Source: Verrucomicrobiota bacterium
GTDB taxonomy: Bacteria; Verrucomicrobiota; Verrucomicrobiia; Chthoniobacterales; Terrimicrobiaceae
Direction of reading: 5' to 3'
Length of the DNA: 64,000 bases
Assembly: GCA_026398255.1 (NCBI GenBank)
Contig: JAPLTG010000007.1
Location: 41,786-105,785 of the forward strand
The notes under the pieces are model-generated. The model saw only the letters and a list, made by a program, of their open reading frames with translations, was not told where the DNA came from and made no database searches. Below, piece by piece: positions 18,609 to 28,067 of this stretch. Each line of letters begins with the position of its first letter. Positions within the stretch are counted from its first letter, which is position 1. The translations under genes and the position numbers were made by a program.

Positions 18609-21115
18609 CCCCTGGCTTTTTGCGCCTTTTCTGGCGCCAGATCATTCGCCCCGGCTTGGCCCACCCTCTTTTTCCGACGCTCAACATCCTCGGCATCGCG
18701 GCGGGCGTGACGGTTTTTCTCGCGATTCAGATGGCGAATCGAGGGGCACTCGCAAGCTTCCAAAACGCCGTCGGACTCGTCGCGGGCCACGCCCATCTTG
18801 AAATCAGAGGCGATCTGCCGGAGGGAATTTTTCCTGCGGTCCAAAACACCGAAGGCGTCGCCTCCGCCACACCGCTCGTGGAGGGTATCGCCACGCTGCC
18901 GGAGGAGCCCGGCGAGTATTTGCGGATTCTCGGCATCGATCCCTTCACCGGCTCAGACATGCGTGTTTTCGAACTCACCGCTCGCGGAGGGGGCGATCCA
19001 GATCTCGAGCAATGGCTCCGAGATCCTGATGTGCTCGCTGTCGCAGGGAAAAAAACGGAACCCTTCCGCGTCCTCGCAGGTGGCACTTCGAAAACTCTCC
19101 GCCCGGTCTTTGAATTGAAAACCGACGATGTCGGCGTGGCCTCCGATCCCCGCTTGGCAGCCATGGATATTGGCTGGGCCCAGCAACTCCTCGGCATGCC
19201 AGGACGCCTCACCTCGATTCAGTTGCTCGCGGAAAACCCGCTCGATCTCGACCCGCTCATCGAAAAACTTCGCCTCATTGCCCCGCCGGATGCCGTCATC
19301 GGACCTCCCTCCCGCCGAGGGGGCGAGACCGAGCGGATGCTCGCCGCGTTTCAGCTCAACCTCACCGCCCTGAGCCTCGTCTCGATGGTGGTCGGCGTTT
19401 ATCTGATCTACAACAGCCTCTCCGCCTCCGTGGTTCGGCGGCGCCACGAGATTGGAGTCCTTCGAGCCTGTGGGGCCACGAAGGTGGAGGTCACCGCCCT
19501 TTTTCTTGGCGAGAGTTTCGTCTGCGGATTCCTCGGCACCATTCTTGGAATCCTGCTGGCAGGTCCCCTCGCCGCCGTGCTGTCCGCTCCGGTGGGCCAG
19601 ACGGTTTCCTCTCTTTACGCGCTCGTGAGCATTGACCGTATCGAGATCACGCCGCTGCAAATCGCTCTCGCTTTCGCCTGCGGATTGGGCGCCTCGCTCC
19701 TCGCCGCATGGAGGCCCGCCCGCGAGGCGGCTTCGTGCGATCCAGCCGTGGTTTTGCGACAAGGTTCCATGGGAGACGGCGCGGATTCGGCACGCGGTTG
19801 GGCTCCGTGGGGAGTTGCGTGTCTTCTTCTGGCATTTGTCCTTTCTTGGCTGGCCCTCCGACAAGGCGGCCGGCTTCTTGGCTTCGCAGCGGTTGGATTT
19901 CTGATCGCGGGCTTTTCTCTCCTTGTTCCATTCGTCGTCCGACTTTTCGCACGAGTCGCCAACGGACCGGGCTGGATGGTGCGATTGGCTTCCCAACACC
20001 TCGTCCGTTCGCTGCATCGCAACGCCGTGACGATCGCCGCTCTTGCCGTGGCGGCGGCCATGACGGTGAGCGTCTCGGTGATGATCCATTCCTTCCGCGC
20101 GAGCGTGGAGCGTTGGCTTGGAAACACCCTCGCGGCGGATCTTTTCATCGCGCCCGCCGCTAATGAAACAGCCGGCCTTCAAAGTTTCCTCCCGGCTGCG
20201 GCTTTGGATTGGATTCGCCAGGATCGGCGAGTTGCCGAAGTCGGCACGTTCCGCGAGATGGTGGTTCCTTGGGGCGAGCGCACGGCCAATCTCGCCGTGG
20301 TCGATGGCCAGGCGCGCGGCGAGTTGGAGTTTCTGAGTGGTGGACCAAACTCGGCGGCCGATTTTTTTAAAAAGGGAAAGGTGGTGGTCTCAGAAAGTTT
20401 CTCGAATCGTCATGGGACCAAGCTCGGCGAGGTTTTGGAATTTGCGTCGCCCAAAGGCCCCGCCCGCTTCGAGGTGGTGGGCGTGATCCGCGATTTCACA
20501 CGCGACAGTGGACTTGTGATGATCGAACGCTCGAATTTTTCGCGTTATTGGAGCGACGACCGCCTGCACTCTCTCTCGATCACGCTGAGAAATCCTGCAG
20601 AGTCCACCCTGCTGGCGGAGGATTTCCGGCAAGCGCTCGGACGCGAGGGGGAGTTTGCGATTTATACAAATTCCGACCTTCGAGGCCGCGTGCTCGAGAT
20701 TTTCGACCAAACCTTTGCCGTGACTTCCGTGTTGCGAACCATCGCCGTGGTCGTGGCTGTGGCAGGTGTTTTGCTTTCCCTATCCACGCTCGTGCTCGAG
20801 CGGGAACGCGAAATCGGCGTCCTCCGCTCCCAAGGCGCTTCCAGCGCGCAAATCCGCAGCCTCGTCCTCACCGAGGCCTCGATGGTTGGCCTCCTCTCCT
20901 CCGCGGTGGGAATCGTCTGCGGCGCCGCCATGGCGATGATTCTTACTTGGGTCATCAACAAAGCGTTTTTCGGGTGGACCATCGACCTCCGTTACCCGTG
21001 GGGTGTCATTGCCGCAACGCCCTTGTGGATTCTCCCCGCCGCTCTCCTCGCCGCGTGGCTCCCCGCCTCCCGCGCCTCGCGCATTCCCCCCGCCCGCGCC
21101 ATCCGCTTCGAATAA
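18605..21115 (+). CDS. FtsX/MacB-like ABC transporter permease with duplicated FtsX domains
   Basis: 836 aa with two 4-TM FtsX-like modules (...GVLRACGATKVEV... and ...GVLRSQGASSAQI...). There is no adjacent ATPase gene. Its start forms an ATGA overlap with glnD. Confidence 0.8.
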   Translation: MTPGFLRLFWRQIIRPGLAHPLFPTLNILGIAAGVTVFLAIQMANRGALASFQNAVGLVAGHAHLEIRGDLPEGIFPAVQNTEGVASATPLVEGIATLPEEPGEYLRILGIDPFTGSDMRVFELTARGGGDPDLEQWLRDPDVLAVAGKKTEPFRVLAGGTSKTLRPVFELKTDDVGVASDPRLAAMDIGWAQQLLGMPGRLTSIQLLAENPLDLDPLIEKLRLIAPPDAVIGPPSRRGGETERMLAAFQLNLTALSLVSMVVGVYLIYNSLSASVVRRRHEIGVLRACGATKVEVTALFLGESFVCGFLGTILGILLAGPLAAVLSAPVGQTVSSLYALVSIDRIEITPLQIALAFACGLGASLLAAWRPAREAASCDPAVVLRQGSMGDGADSARGWAPWGVACLLLAFVLSWLALRQGGRLLGFAAVGFLIAGFSLLVPFVVRLFARVANGPGWMVRLASQHLVRSLHRNAVTIAALAVAAAMTVSVSVMIHSFRASVERWLGNTLAADLFIAPAANETAGLQSFLPAAALDWIRQDRRVAEVGTFREMVVPWGERTANLAVVDGQARGELEFLSGGPNSAADFFKKGKVVVSESFSNRHGTKLGEVLEFASPKGPARFEVVGVIRDFTRDSGLVMIERSNFSRYWSDDRLHSLSITLRNPAESTLLAEDFRQALGREGEFAIYTNSDLRGRVLEIFDQTFAVTSVLRTIAVVVAVAGVLLSLSTLVLEREREIGVLRSQGASSAQIRSLVLTEASMVGLLSSAVGIVCGAAMAMILTWVINKAFFGWTIDLRYPWGVIAATPLWILPAALLAAWLPASRASRIPPARAIRFE

Positions 21116-21394
21116 TCCCCAAATAGACACCACCAGCGAGGGGGCCGCGCTCCAAAGCATCGTTGGCGCCCTCGCCAAAGCTTACGGCGGCAACTCCGCT
21201 AAAGGCGGCCAAAAAAAATCCGAATCCAGCACATCCCCTGCCGAACCAGATTTTCGCATGCTCTGCAAAGAAGGAAGCACTCTAACGCTCCGCGGCGAAT
21301 TCCGACACATCGGAGCGGGTTGGATCAAATGCGATTTGCTCGAACTGCCCTAGGCGTCTTTCGTGCCTGATTTAGAATTGATGAACGGAACAGG

Positions 21395-21904
21395 CTACCA
21401 AGTTCCGATCCAGTTTGTAGTGGTTGGGTCTTTGACCCCTACGGCCACGGAGGCGTTCACAGTCTTTCCATCAGGAGCGGTGATCGATCCATCGTAGTTC
21501 GTATCAACGACGATTGTGAAATTTGATTGTCCCGTTTTGTAAAATTTTAGGGGCGTCACTAGATTACTGCTTCCATCCAAAAATTTTGTCGGGATTTCCA
21601 TAAAACGAATCCCCCGGCGGTTGTTAGTATTTGTCGATGTCGTCATCATCGAAACAAATGCATTATCGGAATTTGTGAGATTGGCCGGCAAAATCCCATA
21701 TTCCGTGTAGTAGGCCGTAATGGCACCTTGAATCTGGCTCGCCATAGAGCGCACCTCGGCCTTACGAGCAGAGGCGATCGCGCCGTTCACGGCGGGAAAA
21801 CCCAGAGACGCGAGGATGGCGATGATGCTGATGACGACCAGCAATTCGATCAAGGTGAATGCTTGCTTGTCGGTGCGGGCGCGGGTGGCGGGAGGGTTTG
21901 TCAT
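21395..21904 (-). CDS. Prepilin-type N-terminal cleavage/methylation domain protein (type IV pilin / T2SS pseudopilin-like)
   Basis: Starts MTNPPATRARTDKQAFTLIELLVVISIIAILASL. Start moved to the ATG at 21904. Confidence 0.85.
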   Translation of the reverse strand: MTNPPATRARTDKQAFTLIELLVVISIIAILASLGFPAVNGAIASARKAEVRSMASQIQGAITAYYTEYGILPANLTNSDNAFVSMMTTSTNTNNRRGIRFMEIPTKFLDGSSNLVTPLKFYKTGQSNFTIVVDTNYDGSITAPDGKTVNASVAVGVKDPTTTNWIGTW

Positions 21905-22001
21905 AAGAATGGATCGGAGGTTGGAGACAATTCGGTTGTCTTGAAAAGTATTTCTCCACCGATAGAAGAAAAGGGCGAATTTTTTTCTGTCGGTTGTTTT
22001 T

Positions 22002-22847
22002 TTGAAAATGAAAGAGGCATTGGTTCTGCTACTGAGCTCCGAGGCATCCGAATCGCAGCTCCTCCAGGAAACGCTGGATTCGTCCAGCGTTCGCATCACG
22101 ACGATGGATGATGTTTCTGCGGCGCTTGCGAAGATGGAGGCGCTTGGCCCTCATCTCGTCTTGATCGGATCGGGTATTTCGAGGCCGCACGCGCAGTGGC
22201 TTCTCGAGCGGATGATGTCGAGCGCCACGCTGCGAGGGATTCCCGTGGTGCTGATTTTCTACGAGCCCAACCGCTCGTGGGTGCTGGATATGATTAAGCT
22301 GGGGCTGCGGGCCTTTATTCAACTTCCACGAGAGAAAGAGGATTTTCGCCGGAGGCTTGCGCATCATTTGCCGAATGGAATTTTCCCAGCGCGATCGAAT
22401 ACTCGTTCTCCGCTCTCTCGCGAGAGTGTGGGCGAGAGGCTCCGACAGCGCATCGCCAAGAAGCAGGTGGAATCTGCCGTGGTCCAATCAGGCTCACAAT
22501 CCGACGCGGACCTCGCGAAGCCGATCGTTTTGCTCGAGCAGCAATTCGCTGAGGAAAGCGGGTTGACGGTAAGAACCTCATCCCGGGAAATCTCGTTGTT
22601 TGAAAAAATCGATGACTACCTCTTGCGCTTCGGCGGGAGCAATTCCCATGTCGTCGGCATTTTCATGGGCCTTCTCGTTGATGGCAAAATCCGGGTCGCG
22701 TTAAGGGATAAGACCGAGCGTCTTTCCTTGGCCTCTTTATCGGATAAAAAAACACCCGAGGCGGCGATTCGGCTCATCGACACCTATCTTCGCCAGGCTG
22801 AATCCTCGCAGTTGCTGGATACGAGAACGCAAAAAATCATTCTCTGA
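22002..22847 (+). CDS. Hypothetical protein with a degenerate receiver-like (pseudo-REC) N-terminal domain
   Basis: CheY-like alternation is present, but the phospho-acceptor position reads LVLIGSG (no Asp) and there is no acidic pair or conserved Lys. The C-terminal ~150 aa is unassigned. Confidence 0.55.
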   Translation: MKMKEALVLLLSSEASESQLLQETLDSSSVRITTMDDVSAALAKMEALGPHLVLIGSGISRPHAQWLLERMMSSATLRGIPVVLIFYEPNRSWVLDMIKLGLRAFIQLPREKEDFRRRLAHHLPNGIFPARSNTRSPLSRESVGERLRQRIAKKQVESAVVQSGSQSDADLAKPIVLLEQQFAEESGLTVRTSSREISLFEKIDDYLLRFGGSNSHVVGIFMGLLVDGKIRVALRDKTERLSLASLSDKKTPEAAIRLIDTYLRQAESSQLLDTRTQKIIL

Positions 22848-22968
22848 TTTTTCGCTTTCGTTTCACTGGCCGGGCGGGCGGGCCAGGGACTTCCTTACAA
22901 AAACAAATTGGGAGAAGCCCGAAGACTTCTCCCAACTTGTTTTTAAAACCTGTCTGGGACAGGAGTGA

Positions 22969-23181
22969 TTACTTTTTCTTAACCGCTTTTTTGGCGGCTG
23001 GCTTTTTAGCGGCGGCTTTTTTGGCCGGGGCCTTAGTCACCGCTTTTTTGGCGGCTGGCTTTTTGGCGGCGGCTTTTTTGGCCGGGGCCTTAGTCACCGC
23101 TTTTTTGGCGGCTGGCTTCTTGGCGGCGGCTTTCTTTGCTGGGGCCTTTTTGGCCGGAGCTTTCTTCTTGGCAGTAGGCAT
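22969..23181 (-). CDS. Histone H1-like Lys/Ala/Pro-rich nucleoid protein (70 aa)
   Basis: Starts MPTAKKKAPAKKAPAKKAAAKKPAAKKAVTKAPAKK... A good SD lies upstream (GGGGGAGATTAATG). Start moved to the ATG at 23181. Confidence 0.7.
   Translation of the reverse strand: MPTAKKKAPAKKAPAKKAAAKKPAAKKAVTKAPAKKAAAKKPAAKKAVTKAPAKKAAAKKPAAKKAVKKK
22982..23150. repeat. 57-nt tandem repeat (~3 copies) inside the histone-like gene
   Basis: Units 22982-23038 and 23039-23095 are nearly identical, each encoding TKAPAKKAAAKKPAAKKAV. The third copy is diverged. Confidence 0.8.
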
Positions 23182-23341
23182 TAATCTCCCCCCTTTCTTT
23201 CCGCAAATGCGGGAAAGTTGTTGTGAAAAAGTTGTGAATAACTCACAGGGCGTGTGAATAAGTTCCGCCTTGAAATGCGTCAACAACTATTTTCATTTTC
23301 GCGAATTTTTTTCGGAAAAAATTTCTGACCGGCGAAATTTC

Positions 23342-23887
23342 TTAGTCGGCAGGGAGAAGTTTTTTGGCTGCCTCGACGATGCCTGCGACCTCCCAAAGGC
23401 GTCCAGTTCCCTCGTAGCCGCAAGCGAGCAAACCCTCGGCGGGGCCGATAAAAAGGGCGCCGCGGGACTTCAGGCGCTCGACATTTTCCTGCGTGGCGGG
23501 GTGATGCCACATCTTGCCGTTCATCGCGGGAGCGATGACGAGTGGTGCGCGAGTGGCGAGGGCGATGGAGGTGAGAGCGTCGTCCGCAATTCCGCAGGCG
23601 AGCTTGGCGACGAGGTTCGCCGTGGCGGGAGCGATGAGAAGCAAATCGGCGTCGTCCGCGAGCGCGATGTGGCCGGGATGCCAGGATTCCTTTTCGTCGA
23701 AAATTCCAGTCGTCACCGGATTTCGCGAGAGGGTTTGGAAAGTGAGCGGGGCGACGAACTCCGTGGCCGAGCGGGTCATCACGACATGGACCTCGAAGCC
23801 GTCTTGCGCGAGGCGGCTTGTGAGGTCAGCGGCTTTGTAGCACGCGATCGAGCCGCCGACGCCGAGCACGATATTTTTTTTTCTCAT
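23342..23887 (-). CDS. coaC: Phosphopantothenoylcysteine decarboxylase flavoprotein (stand-alone CoaC domain)
   Basis: Contains KKNIVLGVGGSIACYKAADL...LLIAPATANLVAKLACGIADD...PAMNGKMW. At 181 aa it has no CoaB half. Its start forms an ATGA overlap with gmk. Confidence 0.8.
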   Translation of the reverse strand: MRKKNIVLGVGGSIACYKAADLTSRLAQDGFEVHVVMTRSATEFVAPLTFQTLSRNPVTTGIFDEKESWHPGHIALADDADLLLIAPATANLVAKLACGIADDALTSIALATRAPLVIAPAMNGKMWHHPATQENVERLKSRGALFIGPAEGLLACGYEGTGRLWEVAGIVEAAKKLLPAD

Positions 23888-24504
23888 CAAAAAGAAAGGT
23901 GGAGGCGGTGGCTCAGGTAACGCTCGGCGCGCATGATCGCGCGGAATTTTTCGATGTCCTCTTCCATCGATCCACTGATGAGCGTGTAGCGGTATTCGCG
24001 CCATTTTTCCATTTCGGAGGCGGCGTTGCGGAGGCGCGTGGCGATTTGATCTTCGCTCTCGGTGCCGCGCTTGCGGAGGCGGCGGCTGAGTTCATCCAGC
24101 CCGGGCGGCATGATGAAAACATCGGCGAGCGCGTCCTGGATGAATCCGTCAGGGCATTGGCGGATGCTGGCGGCGCCGAGTGTATCGACATCGAGTAAGA
24201 CATCGATGCCATGCTCGAGTTGAGAAACAACGGTGGACTTGAGCGTGCCGTAATGGTGGCCATGGACCTCGGCGTATTCCAGAAAATCTCCGGCCTCAAT
24301 GTGGGTCTTGAAATCTTCCTCGGAGAGAAAATGGTAATCCTCGCCATCGACCTCTCCGGGCCGCGGGGAGCGGGTCGTGCACGAGACGGAGTAAACAAAA
24401 TCCGGCTTCTGGCGGAGCGAGGAAATGAGTGTGGTTTTTCCCGCGCCGGAGGGGGCGGAGATGACGAAAAGAATGCCGGTGCGTTGGATGTCGAGGTTAC
24501 TCAA
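23887..24504 (-). CDS. gmk: Guanylate kinase
   Basis: Contains GILFVISAPSGAGKTTLISSL...SCTTRSPRPGEVDGEDYHF. I propose the TTG start at 24504, which overlaps the yicC stop. The listed 294-aa ORF has a low-complexity out-of-family extension. Confidence 0.85.
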   Translation of the reverse strand: MSNLDIQRTGILFVISAPSGAGKTTLISSLRQKPDFVYSVSCTTRSPRPGEVDGEDYHFLSEEDFKTHIEAGDFLEYAEVHGHHYGTLKSTVVSQLEHGIDVLLDVDTLGAASIRQCPDGFIQDALADVFIMPPGLDELSRRLRKRGTESEDQIATRLRNAASEMEKWREYRYTLISGSMEEDIEKFRAIMRAERYLSHRLHLSF

Positions 24505-25363
24505 TGTTGGCAAGTTGTTCGCGAATGCGGTCGAGTTCGGCCTTCGCTTCGATGACGAGGCGGGCGATGGCGGTGGTCGAGGATTTGGAGCCGATGGTGT
24601 TGAATTCGCGGCCGAGTTCCTGCGCGAGGAATTCCAGCGTGCGGCCGACGGGGCCCTTGGAATCGAGCTTGTCGCGGAATTGCGCGATGTGGCTGGCGGC
24701 GCGCTCGAGTTCCTCGGTGATGTCGCAGCGCTCGGCGAAAAACGCGACCTCCGAGGCGAGACGGGCGTCATCGGGCTGGAGGGAAATGCCCGCGCGCTCG
24801 ATGCGTTTGTGGAGCGCTTCGCGGTGGAGTTCGGCCACGCGGCCGGCGTGGGGGGCGATTTTTTTGGCGAGGGATTCGAGTTTTTCGGCGCTGCGGAGGA
24901 GGGCTTTCTTGAGAGCGGCGCCTTCGCGATTGCGGGTGGACTCCAACCCGCGGATCGCCTCTTCGAGGGCCTTCATCACGGGATCACGGGCATCGTCACC
25001 GCCTGGCTCCGCGGCCCGCATCACACCGGGAGCGCTTAACACATCGGCCAGTGTGACACCGCCCTCGAGGCCGAGTTTTTTTTGGAGCTTCCGGGCTTGT
25101 TCGACAAACACGGCGGCGCGTTTCTCATCGAAAAAATTCTTCGTTCCGGCGTCCGCCCTTTCGAGGTGGAGATTCACCTGCACGCGGCCGCGGGAAATTC
25201 TCTCGAGCACTTTCTCACGCACGGAGGGCTCGAGCCAAGTGGCATCGCGGTCGGCGTGGAAGACGACCTCAGCCGTCTTGCGGTTCACGGAATGGCATTC
25301 CACCACGGCGGACCAGACTTTCGTCCTCGCCTCGCCTCGTCCGTGACCGGTCATACTTGTCAT
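24497..25363 (-). CDS. YicC/YloC family stress-induced protein (endoribonuclease)
   Basis: N-terminus MTSMTGHGRGEA, 288 aa, with the conserved C-terminal EFNTIGSKS...EQLANIE. Confidence 0.85.
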   Translation of the reverse strand: MTSMTGHGRGEARTKVWSAVVECHSVNRKTAEVVFHADRDATWLEPSVREKVLERISRGRVQVNLHLERADAGTKNFFDEKRAAVFVEQARKLQKKLGLEGGVTLADVLSAPGVMRAAEPGGDDARDPVMKALEEAIRGLESTRNREGAALKKALLRSAEKLESLAKKIAPHAGRVAELHREALHKRIERAGISLQPDDARLASEVAFFAERCDITEELERAASHIAQFRDKLDSKGPVGRTLEFLAQELGREFNTIGSKSSTTAIARLVIEAKAELDRIREQLANIE

Positions 25364-25467
25364 GCGCGACTATGTATCTGGCGGCGGCTTGGAGTGTCGA
25401 GACGAACAACCGCCGACCTCCCGAACCATGCCGGCTACGAGTTTTCAGGGAATTCCATTGACGCGTC

Positions 25468-25498
25468 GGGGGCGCTGGATCAGCATCTGCCCCCTTTT
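25468..25498 (+). promoter_or_regulatory. Hairpin plus T4 immediately upstream of the ilvN start (possible attenuator)
   Basis: GGGGGC-N15-GCCCCC followed by TTTT, ending 6 nt before the ATG at 25505. Confidence 0.25.
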
Positions 25499-25504
25499 CA
25501 TCGC

Positions 25505-25981
25505 ATGCGCCACACCATCTCGATCCTCGTGGAAAACAAATTCGGCGTTCTGACCCGCGTGGCTGGAATGTTCAGCGGACGCGGCTTCAACATCGACTCG
25601 CTCAATGTCGGACCGACCCTCGACCCCTCCGCTTCCCGCATGACGATTGTCGTCCGGGGCGACGACAAAATCCTCGAGCAGGTCACCAAGCAGCTCGAAA
25701 AATTAATCGATGTGATCGATGTGGAGGATTTCCGCGACGAGGAATATGTGGACCGCGAGCTCGTCCTGCTCCGCGTGAATGCCAACTCCAAGAGCCGCGC
25801 CGAGGTGATGCAGATTTGTGACATCTTCCGCGCAAAGATCATTGATGTGCAGCCCGAGAAGCTGGCCATCGAAATCACCGGCACCGAGGCGAAGATCAGC
25901 AAATTCCTCAGCCTGATGGAGACCTTCGGTATCAGCGACCTCACCCGCACCGGCAAGGTCGCCCTCGCCCGCTCCAAGTAA
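25505..25981 (+). CDS. ilvN: Acetolactate synthase small (regulatory) subunit
   Basis: Starts [36 protein letters not shown] (ACT domain). Start moved to the ATG at 25505. Confidence 0.9.
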   Translation: MRHTISILVENKFGVLTRVAGMFSGRGFNIDSLNVGPTLDPSASRMTIVVRGDDKILEQVTKQLEKLIDVIDVEDFRDEEYVDRELVLLRVNANSKSRAEVMQICDIFRAKIIDVQPEKLAIEITGTEAKISKFLSLMETFGISDLTRTGKVALARSK

Positions 25982-26016
25982 TCCCACCTTTTTTTACAAA
26001 CCCAACCAACACCACC

Positions 26017-27048
26017 ATGCCTGCCAAAATCCACACCGACAAAGACGCCGACCTGAAAGTTTTCAAGGGAAAGACCCTTGCTGTTCTTGGCTTCGGCTCC
26101 CAGGGCCACGCCCACGCGCTGAACCTCAAAGAGAGCGGTTGCAAAGTCATCATCGGCCTCTATCCGAAATCCAAGAGCCGCGAAGTCGCGAAGAAGGCCG
26201 GCTTTGAAGTGTTCGACACCGACGAGGCCGTGCGCCGCGCCGATGTGATCATGGTTGCCATCCCCGACACCAAGCAGGCCGCTGCCTACAAAAAAGACAT
26301 CGAGCCGAATCTCAAGGCCGGCAAGACACTCCTTTTCTCCCACGGCTTCAGCATTCTTTATAAGACGGTCGTTCCGCCGAAGAATGTGAATGTGATCATG
26401 GTCGCCCCGAAAGGTCCGGGCCACATCGTTCGCCGCCAATACACCGAAGGCAAAGGCGTTCCCACGCTCATCGCGATCCACCAAAACCCCGGCAAGGACG
26501 CGAAAAAAATCGCGCTCGCTTGGGCCAAAGGCATCGGCGGCACCCGCGGCGGCGTGCTGGAAACCACCTTTAAGGAAGAAACCGAAACCGATCTCTTCGG
26601 CGAACAGACCGTTCTCTGCGGTGGCGCCTCGGCGCTCGTCCAAGCAGGTTTCGAGACTCTCATCGAGGCTGGCTACTCGCCCGAGATGGCTTATTTTGAG
26701 TGCTTGCATGAGCTCAAACTCATCGTCGATCTCATGAATGAAGCCGGCATCGCAGGAATGCGTTTCTCGATCTCCGAGACCGCCAAGTGGGGCGACGTGC
26801 ATGTCGGCCCGAAGATTGTCGACGCCTCCGTGAAGAAACGGATGAAGGCCGCGCTCAAAGACATTCAGAGTGGCAAATTTGCCAAGGAGTGGATCAAGGA
26901 ATACGAAGGCGGCTACAAAAAATACAACGCCCTCCTGAAAGCCGGCGAGCAGCACCCGATCGAGAAGACCGGCGAGCGCCTGCGCGGCCTGATGCCTTGG
27001 ATCAAAAAGCGCAACCTCAAGGGCACCCAAGCTTCCTACTCGAACTAA
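26017..27048 (+). CDS. ilvC: Ketol-acid reductoisomerase
   Basis: Contains [21 protein letters not shown]...FSHGF...[17 protein letters not shown]. Confidence 0.95.
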   Translation: MPAKIHTDKDADLKVFKGKTLAVLGFGSQGHAHALNLKESGCKVIIGLYPKSKSREVAKKAGFEVFDTDEAVRRADVIMVAIPDTKQAAAYKKDIEPNLKAGKTLLFSHGFSILYKTVVPPKNVNVIMVAPKGPGHIVRRQYTEGKGVPTLIAIHQNPGKDAKKIALAWAKGIGGTRGGVLETTFKEETETDLFGEQTVLCGGASALVQAGFETLIEAGYSPEMAYFECLHELKLIVDLMNEAGIAGMRFSISETAKWGDVHVGPKIVDASVKKRMKAALKDIQSGKFAKEWIKEYEGGYKKYNALLKAGEQHPIEKTGERLRGLMPWIKKRNLKGTQASYSN

Positions 27049-27064
27049 ACCGGATATCCCCGCC

Positions 27065-28015
27065 ATGTCCTCGAACATCACAAAGCCCGTCAGTGTCGTC
27101 ACCGGCGGAGCCGGGTTTTTGGGATCCCATCTCACGGACCGATTGCTCAAAGAGGGCCACCGCGTCATCGCGGTTGACAACCTCATCACGGGCAATGTCG
27201 CGAACATCGAGCACCTCGCGGGGAATAAGGACTACAAGTTCATCAATCACGATGTCACCGACTTCATCTACATCCCGGGTCAGGTGGACTATGTGTGGCA
27301 TTTCGCCTCGCCCGCGAGCCCGATCGATTATTTGAGGATTCCGATCCCGACGCTGAAAGTCGGCTCGCTCGGCACGCACAACGCCCTTGGGTTGGCGAAG
27401 GACAAAGGCGCGGCCTTCTTCCTCGCTTCTACCTCCGAGTGCTACGGCGATCCCTTGATTCACCCGCAGACCGAGGATTATTGGGGCAATGTGAACCCCA
27501 TCGGACCGCGTGGTGTTTATGACGAGGCCAAGCGTTTCGCCGAGGCGATCACGATGGCCTACCATCGCTACCACGGGATGAACACCCACATCGTCCGAAT
27601 TTTTAACACCTACGGCCCCCGCATGCGGCTGGACGATGGTCGCGTGGTGCCGGCCTTCATCGGGCAGGCTCTGAGGGGCCAGCCGCTGACGATTTTTGGC
27701 GATGGCTCGCAGACGCGGAGTTTCTGCTATGTCTCGGACCTCATCGATGGAATTTTCCGCCTCATGATGTCGGACTTCCACGAGCCTGTGAACATCGGCA
27801 ACCCACGCGAGATGACGATCCGCCAATTCGCCGAGGAAATCCTTCGCATCACCGGCGCGGCTTGCCCAATCGAGCAGAAGCCGCTTCCTGTGGATGATCC
27901 CAAAGTTCGCCAACCCGACATCACCCGCGCCAAGAAAATCCTCGGCTGGGAGCCGAAGGTGGATTTCGACCAAGGCATCCGCGAGACGATCGAATTTTTC
28001 CGCGGACGGGTTTGA
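27065..28015 (+). CDS. UDP-glucuronate decarboxylase (UDP-xylose synthase-like SDR)
   Basis: Contains [12 protein letters not shown]...STSECYGDP...YDEAKR...FNTYGPRM. Confidence 0.85.
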   Translation: MSSNITKPVSVVTGGAGFLGSHLTDRLLKEGHRVIAVDNLITGNVANIEHLAGNKDYKFINHDVTDFIYIPGQVDYVWHFASPASPIDYLRIPIPTLKVGSLGTHNALGLAKDKGAAFFLASTSECYGDPLIHPQTEDYWGNVNPIGPRGVYDEAKRFAEAITMAYHRYHGMNTHIVRIFNTYGPRMRLDDGRVVPAFIGQALRGQPLTIFGDGSQTRSFCYVSDLIDGIFRLMMSDFHEPVNIGNPREMTIRQFAEEILRITGAACPIEQKPLPVDDPKVRQPDITRAKKILGWEPKVDFDQGIRETIEFFRGRV

Positions 28016-28067
28016 TCCCTCTTAGCGGTTTACTTGGTCGATCCGTTTCGCTAGAGAACCTCTTCCT

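Noticed and set aside
21116-21394. Small ORF candidates downstream of the FtsX permease (tail of 21003..21353; a 31-aa ATG ORF at about 21259)
   Set aside because: There is no RBS, no recognisable motif, and most of the listed ORF overlaps the permease in another frame.
22982-23150. Regular short tandem repeat that could be mistaken for a CRISPR array
   Set aside because: The units are contiguous with no unique spacers and are in-frame coding repeats of the Lys/Ala-rich protein. No cas genes are in the window.
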